Part shown: one piece after another, positions 8,102 to 18,700 of the stretch
Layout: every line of letters begins with the position of its first letter
Position numbering within the stretch: the stretch's first letter is position 1
Source of the DNA: Armatimonadia bacterium
Lineage (GTDB): Bacteria; Armatimonadota; Zipacnadia; Zipacnadales; UBA11051
Length of the DNA: 23,904 nt
NCBI GenBank assembly: GCA_039683575.1
Contig: JBDKRC010000298.1
Coordinates: 1-23,904, forward strand
Direction of reading: 5' to 3'
Position numbers and translations under genes: made by a program
The notes under the pieces: generated by a model
The model's input: the letters and a program-made list of their open reading frames with translations, nothing else
Databases searched by the model: none
What the model was told of the DNA's origin: nothing

Positions 8102-9979
8102 CTACCGCTTCAGTGTGACTACCTTAGTCGCTTCAGTGCTCAAGTACGGCGGCACGTTCGCCGATAAGTACAGCGTCAGATCATTCGTTACGTCTTCTAC
8201 CGACAGACACCACACGCGGCCTTGCTGCTCCGGCGTGGCCTGCGCGGGCATCTCAGTAAGCTTCCCGAGGTCGCCCGCAAGCTGCGCGGCCAGTGTGCCA
8301 TCCGGCGCGTACAGCGACAGCTTCCCGCCCCGCCCCGCCGCCTGGCCATCGGCCTTCACAAACAGGCTGAACTTGTCAACGCCAGCCGGCACATGGAAGT
8401 ACATCCGCCCGAACTCGCCGTTGACGACGAGGGGATGCTCTTTCGAAGCCAGGAACCCGCAGGGCTGGCCAGTGGTGACCGCGACGTTGTGCGAGTTTTG
8501 TCCCGACTGCGCCAGCACCAGGTAGACCCCGTCCGCCTGTGGCGTGAAGGTCACGTCCTGGCTCTCGCCGGCCTTCATGTGCCCCTCTTTGAGGAGCGTC
8601 TTGTCCGGCCCCAGCACGATCCACTGCGTCCCCGACCGATAATTGGCCAGCTTACGGTTGGTAATCTTCGCCGTAACCGGCTCGTTGGCCTTCCCGATGA
8701 CAAACAGCGGGTTGCGGTACCGCAGGCGCGGCGCGGTCACCGGCCCCATCGAATGCGGCGCGACGTCGGGTGAAGCCACCAGCGCCTCGATCTTCAGGTC
8801 CCCCGCCGTCAGCACCGGCATCGGCGGCTCAAACTCCCTGATCTTCAGCCCCGACACATACTTCCCGCCCGAGGCCGCCCACTTGGTGAGCTCCGCATTG
8901 GCGACGCGGATTGCCTCCCAGTACCGCTCCAGCGGCTCGCGGAGCTGATACCCCGGCAGCTTGCTGACGTCCTCCAGCATACTCTCCAGCGTGTAGATCC
9001 AGTACCCGGAGGAATTGACAGCACAGGTGTAATACTGTTCCGCAAGGTTCTCGGCGGGGAACTGCTGTTGCCACAGGCCCGGTACCATCAGCACGTGCGC
9101 AGGCAGCGCCGCAAAGGTCTTCTGCTGCTGCAGCACATAGTCAGTGTAGCCGGGGCTGTAGGTGCTCTCGGAGAAGCCCACCACCGGGTGCGTCTCGGTC
9201 CCCAGCCCCATCGCCATGGCCCGGTTGAAGACCAGCGGATAGTCCAACAGCAACACGCCAAGGATGAAGTCCGGGTTCTTGGCATGCACGTCGCGCTCGA
9301 TCTTCTGGCTGTATTCCTTCACGCGGTCGGTATAGTGCTGCTCGAAAGCCTTCTCCAATCCCTGTTCCTTGAGCCAGGAAGCGCGCTGAGCCGCCGCGAG
9401 GTCCGCGGGAATAGTCCGGCCCACCTTTGCCCCAAACTCGCGCATACAGTCCGCACAGTAGCACAGGTTGGTGAAGCAGGTATGGTCGGCGCCATACATC
9501 TCCGGGTCTATGATCGCGCCGCTCAGCCCCAGTTCCCCGGCATGTTCGGCCAGAAACACCGCGCGGCCATATATGTACTTGCTCCAGAACGCCTCATCCA
9601 GCGGGCAGGGCGTCCGCTCCATGGTATCCCCGGCGGCAGTAACCTCCCGCCGGTCACTAAGCAGAGCCTCCGCACCCCCGCCACGGAAGTTGTAGACAGG
9701 CATCAAATGAATGCCCAACTGCCGGCACTTATCGCCCCAGTCGCGCAGCAGCTTGATATTGGCCTCAGTAGGAGGAGCCTGCAACCCGCCAAACTTGGGC
9801 ATAAGCAGGTTAAGCCCGGCCTCCTTGGCCTTGCTCAGCCCATCATTGAGATCACCGGAGGAAAGATAAGCCCCGCGAATCCGGTCACGGGTGATCCAGT
9901 CGTAGGGCTTGGCGGGCGCGGCGTGAAGAGGTCCAACTAACCCGAACAGGATTTGGAGCGAAACCAGAACGTAACGCAT
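8102..9979 (-). CDS. Secreted hypothetical protein with a glycoside-hydrolase-like (TIM-barrel) N-terminal domain and two beta-sandwich C-terminal domains
   Basis: Signal peptide (MRYVLVSLQILFGLVGPLHA), KEAGLNLLM, CPLD..FW, GAIIDPEMY, CYC..C..EF and KNPDFILG, a pattern typical of GH42-like/GHL10-like barrels. GGAGG SD. Family assignment uncertain. Confidence 0.6.
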   Translation of the reverse strand: MRYVLVSLQILFGLVGPLHAAPAKPYDWITRDRIRGAYLSSGDLNDGLSKAKEAGLNLLMPKFGGLQAPPTEANIKLLRDWGDKCRQLGIHLMPVYNFRGGGAEALLSDRREVTAAGDTMERTPCPLDEAFWSKYIYGRAVFLAEHAGELGLSGAIIDPEMYGADHTCFTNLCYCADCMREFGAKVGRTIPADLAAAQRASWLKEQGLEKAFEQHYTDRVKEYSQKIERDVHAKNPDFILGVLLLDYPLVFNRAMAMGLGTETHPVVGFSESTYSPGYTDYVLQQQKTFAALPAHVLMVPGLWQQQFPAENLAEQYYTCAVNSSGYWIYTLESMLEDVSKLPGYQLREPLERYWEAIRVANAELTKWAASGGKYVSGLKIREFEPPMPVLTAGDLKIEALVASPDVAPHSMGPVTAPRLRYRNPLFVIGKANEPVTAKITNRKLANYRSGTQWIVLGPDKTLLKEGHMKAGESQDVTFTPQADGVYLVLAQSGQNSHNVAVTTGQPCGFLASKEHPLVVNGEFGRMYFHVPAGVDKFSLFVKADGQAAGRGGKLSLYAPDGTLAAQLAGDLGKLTEMPAQATPEQQGRVWCLSVEDVTNDLTLYLSANVPPYLSTEATKVVTLKR

Positions 9980-10032
9980 TTTGAGTCCAGCCTCCCTTAA
10001 GTGTTACAGCGCGCCTGCCTCCAGCCATTCAT

Positions 10033-10635
10033 CTAGGGCCGTTTCATTGCACGCCCAATGCCTCGAAGCTCATCATAGATGCCCTCGAGCGTCTTCCCTA
10101 TGTCGTGTATGTTCTTCCGGTTGATGGAGCGAATATCGCCATAGATATTCAGGTCTATGACGTACTCCTCGTGGTACTTCGACGCAGGAGAACCTATCTC
10201 ATCGGCGTAATCAGATGCAAGCGTCCATAGTAGAAGCGGCGAAGGTGCCTCGGCGAATAAGCCGCGAGGCACAGTCATCAGCATCCGAATTTCGGTGCCG
10301 GGTGCCATATATGGTATCCCCTGCTGCCCCACCACCGAATCTACGAAGTCAAGGTTATCAAAGAGCTTTAGCGGAGGCTCAACGGACAGACGTACATCCC
10401 GGGCGGCGCTGTGCCCCCGGTTCGCTATGATCAGTTCCCACAGACCATCATATTCTGCGTGTATGACAATGTACGGTCGGCTCTGCAGAATACGAGCACG
10501 CTTCATCTCTTGAACAGCATCGGAGTTAGCTCTGGCCATGTTGAAGCTGGCCCTCACGTATGCGATAACGACGAACAGAGTGAAGATCTGCACCCCGAAG
10601 AGCGTCCATTGCGCGGGAATAGGCAAGTCGTTCAT
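10033..10635 (-). CDS. Hypothetical protein with an N-terminal transmembrane helix; lower GC than its neighbours
   Basis: ATG 10635 follows GGGAGG. TM segment WTLFGVQIFTLFVVIAYV, then a short helix and an RPYI...IANRG..AARDV beta-rich domain. Two sampled 60-nt lines were 55% and 47% GC, against 68% for a sampled mutS line. Confidence 0.7.
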   Translation of the reverse strand: MNDLPIPAQWTLFGVQIFTLFVVIAYVRASFNMARANSDAVQEMKRARILQSRPYIVIHAEYDGLWELIIANRGHSAARDVRLSVEPPLKLFDNLDFVDSVVGQQGIPYMAPGTEIRMLMTVPRGLFAEAPSPLLLWTLASDYADEIGSPASKYHEEYVIDLNIYGDIRSINRKNIHDIGKTLEGIYDELRGIGRAMKRP

Positions 10636-10665
10636 ATGTTTCCTCCCTGGCATCTGCCCTGTTCT

Positions 10666-13395
10666 CTACCCCTCCGCTTCCTCCTGCAACTCCTTCAACA
10701 AAAGCAGCGCCTCCACCGGCGTCAGCGTGTCCACGTCCACCTTCTTGAGCTTCTCCACAGTCGGGCTTGGCGCGGCCTCGAATAGCTGTAGCTGCACCGT
10801 CGGCGCGATCTTCTTCGTGCTCTCCGCGCTCGGCGCCACTGCCAGGTCGTCCTGCTCAATCGTCCGCAGGACCTCCTTGGCGCGCTCGATGACCTCCTGC
10901 GGCAGCCCCGCCAGCCTCGCCACCTGGATGCCGTAGCTGCGGTCGGTGCCGCCGTCGGCGATCTTGCGCAGGAACGTGACGCGGTCGCCCTCCTCCCGCA
11001 CCAGCACCCGCAGGTTCTTCACCCTCGGCAGGATCTCCGCCAGCTCGTTCAAGTGGTGGTAATGCGTCGCAAACAGCGTCTTCGCGCCGATTTGCTTGAT
11101 GATATACTCCGCCACCGCCCACGCAATCGAGAGCCCGTCAAAGGTCGAGGTACCGCGCCCGATCTCGTCGAGGATGATCAGGCTGCGGTCGGTGGCGTTG
11201 TGCAGGATGTTCGCGGTCTCGGTCATCTCGACCATGAAGGTAGACTGCCCCGTCGCCAGATCATCACTGGCCCCGACGCGCGTAAAGATGCGGTCTACCA
11301 GCCCCAGCCGCGCCGATGAAGCCGGGACAAAGCTTCCCATCTGCGCCATAAGCGCAATCAGTGCCACCTGCCGCAGATAAGTAGACTTACCGGCCATGTT
11401 GGGCCCGGTGATGATCATAAGCTGGTTGCTATCGCAATCCAGCCGCACATCATTGGGCACAAACGGCTCCTCCCCGGTCGCCCGCTCCACCACCGGATGC
11501 CGCCCCCCCACAATCTGCAACTCATGCCCCTCGATAATCTCCGGCTTGCTGTATCCATACTCCACCGCCGCCTGCGCCAGCCCGCACAGCACATCCACCT
11601 GCGCCAGCGCCCGCGCCGTCGCCAGCACCCGCTCAGACTGCTCGGCCACCGTCGCCCGGACCTCGCAAAACAGCTTGTGTTCCAACTCCTGCGCCCGCTC
11701 GTCCGCCCCCAGCACCTTGCTCTCCCATTCCTTCAACTCCGGCGTAACATACCGCTCGGCATTGGTCAGGGTCTGCTTGCGGTGGTAGTCCTCGGGCACG
11801 AGGTCCTGGAAGCTGCGCGTCACCTCGATGTAATAGCCAAAGACGTTGTTGAATCCGATCTTCAGGTTCTTGATGCCCGTCCGCGCCCGTTCCTGATCCT
11901 GCAGCGCCGCAATCCACTCCCGCCCATGCGCCGCGGCATAGCTCAACTCATCCAGTTCCGCATTGAAGCCCTCGCGAATCAGCCCGCCCTTGGTGATCTC
12001 AACCGGCGGCTCATCGGCGATGGCCCGCGCCAGCAGGTCGGAGACGTCCCCCAGGTCATCCATCTGGACATGTAGCTGCGCCAAGAGCTCCGCCGTCTCG
12101 CCCTTGCCCGAAAGCTCCTGCCGCACCTCCGGCAGCCGCGCCAGCGACAGCCCCAGCGCCCGCAGGTCCCGCGCATTGGCCGTCCCCGCGGTAATGCGGC
12201 TGGTGAGCCGCTCCAGATCATAGATGCTGCGCAGATGCCCGCTCAGCGCGTCCAGCAGGATGGTATCCTGCACGAGGTTCTCAATCGCGTCGAGCCGCTG
12301 CTCAATCTGTCGCCGGTCGAGCAGTGGCTGGACGATCCACGACCGCAGGAGCCTGCTCCCCATCGGCGTCCGCGTCTTGTCCAGAAGCTCCACCAGCGTA
12401 GCCTGCTTGCCTCCCCGCAGCGACTCGATAAGCTCCAGATTCCGCCGCGTCGTCGCATCAATGACCATGAATTGGTTGGTCGAGTACACTGAGATGCTCG
12501 CAAGCCTCGGCAGCGCCGCCATGTGCGTCGCCTGCAGATACCGCAAAGCCTGCGCCGCCGCCCCTGTTGCGGCAGAGAGCCCCTCCAGCCCATACCCCCG
12601 CAGCGAATCCACGCCAAAGTGCTTGCAGAGTTGCTCCGCAGCCGACAGGAACACCGGCTCATCATCCTTGAGCGAGGTCACAATGGCCCCGCCCAAGTCA
12701 GGCAAAGCCCCCCGCAGCGGATCGTTCTCCCGAATAATGACCTCAGCCGGCCGCAGGCGCCGGACTTCCTCAACCACGGCAATCAACAGCGGATCCGCCT
12801 GCGGGTCGAGGGGCAACGCCTCCGGCCGGGTCGTGTCCGGCTGTAAGGCGGGGGCATGTACCCCGCCGCTCTGGTGGTCGGTGATAACGGCCGGCGGGGT
12901 ACGAGCCCCCGCCCTACAGTCAACTTCCGTAACCAGGAAATCCCCCGTCGAAACATCCACCGCCGCGATCCCCGCCGCCTTCCCGTCGCTATGAATCGCG
13001 ACCAGAAAGTTGTGGTCGTCCTCGGGCAGTAGCTCATCCTCGGTCAGCGTCCCCGGCGTCACGACCCGCGTGACCTGCCGCTTCACGAGCCCCTTGGCTG
13101 CCCGTGGGTCTTCCATCTGCTCGCAGATTGCGGCGCGGAAGCCCTTCTCGACCAGCAGGCGCAGATAGCGGTCCAGCGCGTGATACGGCACGCCGCACAT
13201 GGGAATGCGCTTATCGCCGGCATACTTGCGCGCGGTCAGGGTCAGGCCCATCTCCCGCGCGCCGATCTCGGCGTCCTCGGCAAACATTTCATAAAAGTCG
13301 CCCATGCGAAAGAGCATCAGGACGTCGGGAAAGTCCCGCTTGGCCTGCGCCCACTGGCGGTACATGGGCGTCAAATCGGAATCCTTGGGGGGCAA
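10666..13395 (-). CDS. mutS: DNA mismatch repair protein MutS (MutS1)
   Basis: TPMYRQW, FRMGDFYEMF (Phe-X-Glu), PMCGVPYH, TPGT, TRRNLEL, TPMGSRLL, Walker A TGPNMAGKST, STFMVEM, DEIGRGTST, FATHYH and SYGIQVARLAG. TTG start with GGAGG SD. Confidence 0.98.
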   Translation of the reverse strand: MPPKDSDLTPMYRQWAQAKRDFPDVLMLFRMGDFYEMFAEDAEIGAREMGLTLTARKYAGDKRIPMCGVPYHALDRYLRLLVEKGFRAAICEQMEDPRAAKGLVKRQVTRVVTPGTLTEDELLPEDDHNFLVAIHSDGKAAGIAAVDVSTGDFLVTEVDCRAGARTPPAVITDHQSGGVHAPALQPDTTRPEALPLDPQADPLLIAVVEEVRRLRPAEVIIRENDPLRGALPDLGGAIVTSLKDDEPVFLSAAEQLCKHFGVDSLRGYGLEGLSAATGAAAQALRYLQATHMAALPRLASISVYSTNQFMVIDATTRRNLELIESLRGGKQATLVELLDKTRTPMGSRLLRSWIVQPLLDRRQIEQRLDAIENLVQDTILLDALSGHLRSIYDLERLTSRITAGTANARDLRALGLSLARLPEVRQELSGKGETAELLAQLHVQMDDLGDVSDLLARAIADEPPVEITKGGLIREGFNAELDELSYAAAHGREWIAALQDQERARTGIKNLKIGFNNVFGYYIEVTRSFQDLVPEDYHRKQTLTNAERYVTPELKEWESKVLGADERAQELEHKLFCEVRATVAEQSERVLATARALAQVDVLCGLAQAAVEYGYSKPEIIEGHELQIVGGRHPVVERATGEEPFVPNDVRLDCDSNQLMIITGPNMAGKSTYLRQVALIALMAQMGSFVPASSARLGLVDRIFTRVGASDDLATGQSTFMVEMTETANILHNATDRSLIILDEIGRGTSTFDGLSIAWAVAEYIIKQIGAKTLFATHYHHLNELAEILPRVKNLRVLVREEGDRVTFLRKIADGGTDRSYGIQVARLAGLPQEVIERAKEVLRTIEQDDLAVAPSAESTKKIAPTVQLQLFEAAPSPTVEKLKKVDVDTLTPVEALLLLKELQEEAEG
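12841..12919. repeat. REP/REPIN-like palindromic element inside the mutS coding sequence
   Basis: Arm 12841-12868 CTGTAAGGCGGGGGCATGTACCCCGCCG matches the reverse complement of 12892-12919 (CTGTAGGGCGGGGGCTCGTACCCCGCCG) at 25/28 positions, with a 23-nt spacer. Each arm has a GGCGGGG...CCCCGCC hairpin after a GTA(G/A) tetranucleotide. Confidence 0.8.
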
Positions 13396-13430
13396 AGAGA
13401 CGAACCTCCGGGGCAGATGATACTACTGCT

Positions 13431-13458
13431 ATTGTAAGTACTGGACCGGGCAGGTCAA
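13431..13458 (-). promoter_or_regulatory. Putative sigma70 promoter for mutS
   Basis: Minus strand TTGACC (13458-13453)-N16-TACAAT (13436-13431), 35 nt upstream of the start codon. Confidence 0.55.
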
Positions 13459-13552
13459 GGGGCGGCTAGAAATGTGAAGAAATACGGAAGGAAGATGGTA
13501 GGTCTTTGGCGAAGGCTCCGGTACGTAACCCAGTCGGCAGGGAGGCGCATTC

Positions 13553-14236
13553 ATGAAACACGGCTTCACTTTGATCGAACTGCTGGTTGTCATCGCCATT
13601 ATCGCTATCCTCGCAGCCATCCTCTTCCCTGTCTTCGCCAAGGCCCGCGAAAAGGCCCGCCAGAGCTCCTGTCTGAACAACGTCAAACAACTCAATCTGG
13701 CGATCCTGGGATACGTCCAGGACTATGACGAGTTCTTCCCCTTCTTCAACCTCTACATGCCCTACACAATCCCCGGCGTCGTCTGCCCCTCCAGCCACGT
13801 CTATCTGCACTGGTTCGACGCTATCACCCCCTATGTCAAAAACAACCAGGTTTTCCGCTGTCCGAGCAACCCCAGCGATTGGATAGGCTATGGCAAGAAC
13901 TTCACTCTCGGGTACTGGGGCAAATACCCCGGCCGCGTTGGCCCCGCATATGATGGCGTCACCCTCGCCTCCGTCAACTACCCCGCGTCTGTGGCGCTGA
14001 TTGCCGACAAGCGGTGGCTTTCCAACAATAATCTGTGCTGCATGTCCTGCATGGGCTGGGAAAAGAACGACCAGACCACGCTGCCGCCGCCCTCCCCGGT
14101 GGGGGCCGTGACCGCGGGGAACAAGTGTCTGCACAACGAGGGCGTCAACGTCGGCTTCGTTGATGGCCATGCCAAGTGGTACAAGGGCGGCACCTTCGGC
14201 GACAATGCCAACGGCGTGCACTGGACGCTGCGATAG
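13553..14236 (+). CDS. Prepilin-type N-terminal cleavage/methylation protein with C-terminal H-X9-DG motif (DUF1559-type)
   Basis: [47 protein letters not shown]...YVQDYDE...[12 protein letters not shown]...[23 protein letters not shown]. Confidence 0.93.
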   Translation: MKHGFTLIELLVVIAIIAILAAILFPVFAKAREKARQSSCLNNVKQLNLAILGYVQDYDEFFPFFNLYMPYTIPGVVCPSSHVYLHWFDAITPYVKNNQVFRCPSNPSDWIGYGKNFTLGYWGKYPGRVGPAYDGVTLASVNYPASVALIADKRWLSNNNLCCMSCMGWEKNDQTTLPPPSPVGAVTAGNKCLHNEGVNVGFVDGHAKWYKGGTFGDNANGVHWTLR

Positions 14237-14319
14237 GCGGGCTAGTCCCACACCTGACACCCGTGCGGTTCACCTTTGGCAAGTCTCGTTGTGAAATTCT
14301 GGCGTAGAAGGAGACCCCC

Positions 14320-15000
<681 letters not shown>

Positions 15001-15031
15001 CGCCTGAACCCAGGCTTCGGGTGACTCAAGC

Positions 15032-15076
15032 AAAAAGCGGGCACTCCTGTTACGGGAGTGCCCGCTTTTCTCTTTT
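15032..15076. terminator. Bidirectional intrinsic terminator between convergent genes
   Basis: AAAAAGCGGGCACTCCTG-TTA-CGGGAGTGCCCGCTTTTCTCTTTT: a GC stem with an A-tract on the left and a T-tract on the right. Confidence 0.85.
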
Positions 15077-15099
15077 GTTACCCTGATGAAGCCAACCGC

Positions 15100-15654
15100 T
15101 CAGTACCCGGGCGATCCGCCGGTATTCCGTGGTGTCGTAGGCTTGGCCGGTCCCCTTTCGCTCGTGCCAGTGCGATAGTCGCCCGTCGTGCCGGTGCGGT
15201 CTGTGGTGACCACTGTACCGACCCGAATCGCGCCTGCCATGCCTGTGCCCGTGGTCGTGCCGTCACCCGGATCGCCATGGAAGCGGCAGTGATAGTACCA
15301 CACGGTGCCTTCGGATGCAGTTGCCGGAATAGTCCACGAGTACGATTCCCCCGGCTTCATGCCGTTGGGGTACCGCTGATCAGAATTCGGTGCCGCCGCC
15401 AACATCACGTCGGCGGTCACGGTATGAGTCCGGGTGTCGTTGTTGACGAAACTGATGGTCGTTCCGGCCGGAGCCACCATCTCTCGCGGGGCGAACGCAT
15501 TCGCCTTCATGCCCACAGTGTTTTGGGGTAGCGCCGTCGCCGTCGTCTCTTGCGTATAGCCAGTTGGAGTAGCGCGTCGGCCGCAGCCACATAGGGCGAC
15601 CAGTGCCAACACCACCCCCAGCCCCACCATTCCCCAGTTCATCCTGTGTTTCAT
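15100..15654 (-). CDS. Cupredoxin (plastocyanin/azurin-like blue copper) lipoprotein
   Basis: Signal peptide with lipobox LCGC; AFAP...V..GTTISFVN.D...HTVT and YYHCRFH...M supply the type 1 Cu ligands H, C, H, M. Thr/Gly/Pro-rich tail. Start ATG 15654 chosen because GAGGT lies upstream. Confidence 0.8.
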   Translation of the reverse strand: MKHRMNWGMVGLGVVLALVALCGCGRRATPTGYTQETTATALPQNTVGMKANAFAPREMVAPAGTTISFVNNDTRTHTVTADVMLAAAPNSDQRYPNGMKPGESYSWTIPATASEGTVWYYHCRFHGDPGDGTTTGTGMAGAIRVGTVVTTDRTGTTGDYRTGTSERGPAKPTTPRNTGGSPGY

Positions 15655-15752
15655 CTCATCTACCTCGCATGTGAAGCTCAATGCGAGTGTACATGAGCGT
15701 TCGCGCCTGCGAAATCAGGACAATCCTTAAATCGCGGTTCGCTTATGCCCGG

Positions 15753-18700
15753 TCAGCGAGTGACCTCGACCTTCGCCGTGGCGTGGGCATAGTCCGCCTG
15801 CGCGAGGTCCCTGACCGACGGGATGGTGGCCATCTCGGGGCCGTGTATGTAGTAAGCAACCGTCGCGGGCGTCTGCGTCGGCCCCTCAAACCCCACGGCT
15901 GCCTTGTTACCCCCATCCCAGTAGGTCATGTACTGGTACGGCGTGACCGCGGCGTTCACTATCGCGTAGCCCTTGCCGTGGATGACATACCAAAGCGGCT
16001 TCGCATTCTTCCCCGCGATGCCCTCGGCGTCCCCCTTGCCGTCCACGGCGGCGGTCAAGCCCTTATCATCCAGATACGTCCCATCGGGGATGACATGCAT
16101 CCGGCTCAGGTTGCCGAAGCGGTCATGGGCGAGGGTACTGACCAGGAAGTGGTCGGGGAAAAGCGTGTAGAGCTTGTCGTAGAAGTGCCCTCCCGCGAGC
16201 TTCTTCTTAACCCGGATCTGCGTGCACACTGGCCCGTCGCTGACCACCTCGAAGCTCTCGACCTCTCCGTTCTCATCAAACCAGCCAGTGTCCTTGGAGG
16301 ACACGCTGAGGTTGCTGATGAGCTTCTGCCACGGCTCCCCGCCGTAGACGCCCTTGATGTAGCCCTCGCGGAAGGTGACGCTGTAATCATCACCGCAATA
16401 GGTAGTATCCGCTGCATCCCACCGCCCGCTGGGGAGAGCGGCGTGGCGCTTAGCCTGATCGCTGTCCATGTAGACTGCATATGCGCTCTGCCCTGCCGGC
16501 GCGCGCCAGACGAGTTCCGCGCCCTTCTCCGTCGGCAACACCTGGGCCGGTGCGTAGCTGTGGATGTCGCCCTGAAGCAGCACTACTCGCGTCGCGGCGA
16601 GGTCCTTGCCCGCGGTGTCCGCGGCGCTGAGCGGCAGCCTCACGACCGCGGCCCGCCCGCCCGCCGGGGCCGTGACTTTCGCCTCCAAATGCGTATCCCA
16701 CAGCCGCAGGTCGGGCTCCACGTAGGCTTCGATGCTCGCTGTGTTGTCCGCGCGGCAGAGCTCCTGTTTCCCCTCGGCCACCTTTACGCTCAGGGGCAGC
16801 GCCCCGTCGTACTTCGTCGTGTCCAGCTTCAGCTTCGCCTCTACCGTCTTGCCTGCAGCGAGGTCCAGCTTCGTCTGCGCGACCGCGTCCGGACCGAGCA
16901 TCAGCGCGACCGGGACGGCCTTCGCGGTCTGGCCGCCGAGGTTGGTGACACGGGCGGTGACCGTTAGCGGCTGGCCCTGCCCGATGTGGGTCGGTGTAAC
17001 CGCAGGCTTGCCGGCGGCCAGCTCGGCGTGATCGGCGAGGGCTTCCGCGCCCACGAGTATCACAGCCTGGGCCTTGCCCGGCTCGAGGCAGACCATGTTG
17101 GCCTGCGCGCTGGCCATGGCGCCGAGCGCGGCGGGTTGGCCGTCCGCGTCGAGTTCGAGCAGCCGCCACGCGCCCTTGCTCGCCGGGCAGAGCGCCGCGC
17201 AGTTCAGCTTCACCCATTGCGTGCCGGGGGCGACGTTCACCCGGATCATCCCCGGTCCTTCAACGCGGCAGGTCTGCCCGCCGCCGGACGACTCCAGCAG
17301 GCCGGGGACGCTGACATCAGCGTACAGATAGCCGGGCGCGCGGATGACGGTTGCTTCCCTCATGCCCTCCGGCGGAGCGGTCATCTCGCCGCGCAGGGCC
17401 GGGTTGAGCGCCGGTGCCGGGGCCTTGCCCAGCGGCTGCAGTACCCGGTACTGCTCCAACTTCGGGCCCTTGGCATAGAAGCCATACTGCGGCAGCGTCC
17501 ACTGCTTGCCCTCGTACGATAGCTTCCACGGCTCGGCGCCGAAGTTCACCCAGACATTCGTGCCGTCGGCGAAGACTGTGTGCTGCACGTGCCGGTCGTC
17601 GGTCACGAACTCGTGGCTGACCATCTCGTCAAAGCCAATCTGCTCGTGGAGCTTGCAGGTGTTACGGTAGCTCTCCAGCAGCCGCTCGCGCAGCTCCGGC
17701 TTGCTCCAGTTGTAGCTGTATGGCTGCGCCACCCAGTACAGCGGCACCGTGCCATAGAGCACGTTGAAGGCATCCTGCTTGTAGCCGAGTTCGGGCGCGG
17801 TAGCGATCAGGTGCCCCGTGCTGTCTCCCCAGTACCATGTCGAGACCACGCAGTCGTGGTAGACCAGTTCCCACAGCGGGTAACGGTTGGTCTCGCCCAA
17901 TCCCCACTCGAGGTAGTTCTTCCCGATGTCCTCACGCTTCTGCGGCATCTCCAGGCCCACATGCCCTGCCGGCCACGAGTAGAACCCGCCGCTCTGCATG
18001 CCCTCCCAGTAGTTGTACAGGTCCGCGCCCCACCAGCGGCCATGTTCGCCCCCCAGGACGAGGTTGAGTTCATCACCGACATAGCGAGCCAGATTGCGCT
18101 TGACCTCGCGGTCCTTCGTGCGGTCGTGCGGGTGGCGCTCGTGGTAGCACTCCTGCAGGCCCGTGGCCGTGGTCACGTCAATGAAGCGGGCGTTGTAGGG
18201 CGACTTGGCCAGTTCCAGCGGAATCCACCTGCGCGCAACTTCCTCGAATAGGCTGGCGCAGCGCTTCATGAACTGCTTGGGCTTCTCGCCTTTGGTCAGC
18301 CAGGCTTTCATGCGGCTGCCATCGGCGAGGATGACGACGTCCCGCTCCTCCACAAAGTCCCCGTAGCGCCCACTGTCGCCCTCGAAAGCATCCTCATAGT
18401 TGTCGTACACGCCCATGAGATAGCCCAGGGACTTGATCTTCTCCATGTCGGCGGCGCTTTGGGGCGAGTTGACCAGCAGGCGGTCCATGCCCGCTGCCTT
18501 CGCCTCGGTGGCGAATTTCAGATCAGCGCGGCCCCAGATGTCCGGGGCGCCGAGCAGCCGGGCCAGGGCGGGCTTGCGGCGCAGCTTCTCCCGCTGCGTC
18601 ACCAGCATCCCCTGCCCCTTGATGTACTCTCGGAAGCGCTTGCAGATCTCCACATGGCCGCCGCTTTGGCAGAAGGAGTACCGCACCACGCGCGGCGCGC

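Noticed and set aside
13519-13530. Shared 12-mer CGGTACGT(A/T)ACC here and at 7961-7972 (minus), both upstream of exported-protein genes
   Set aside because: Only two instances with 11/12 identity; cannot be distinguished from chance without genome-wide data.
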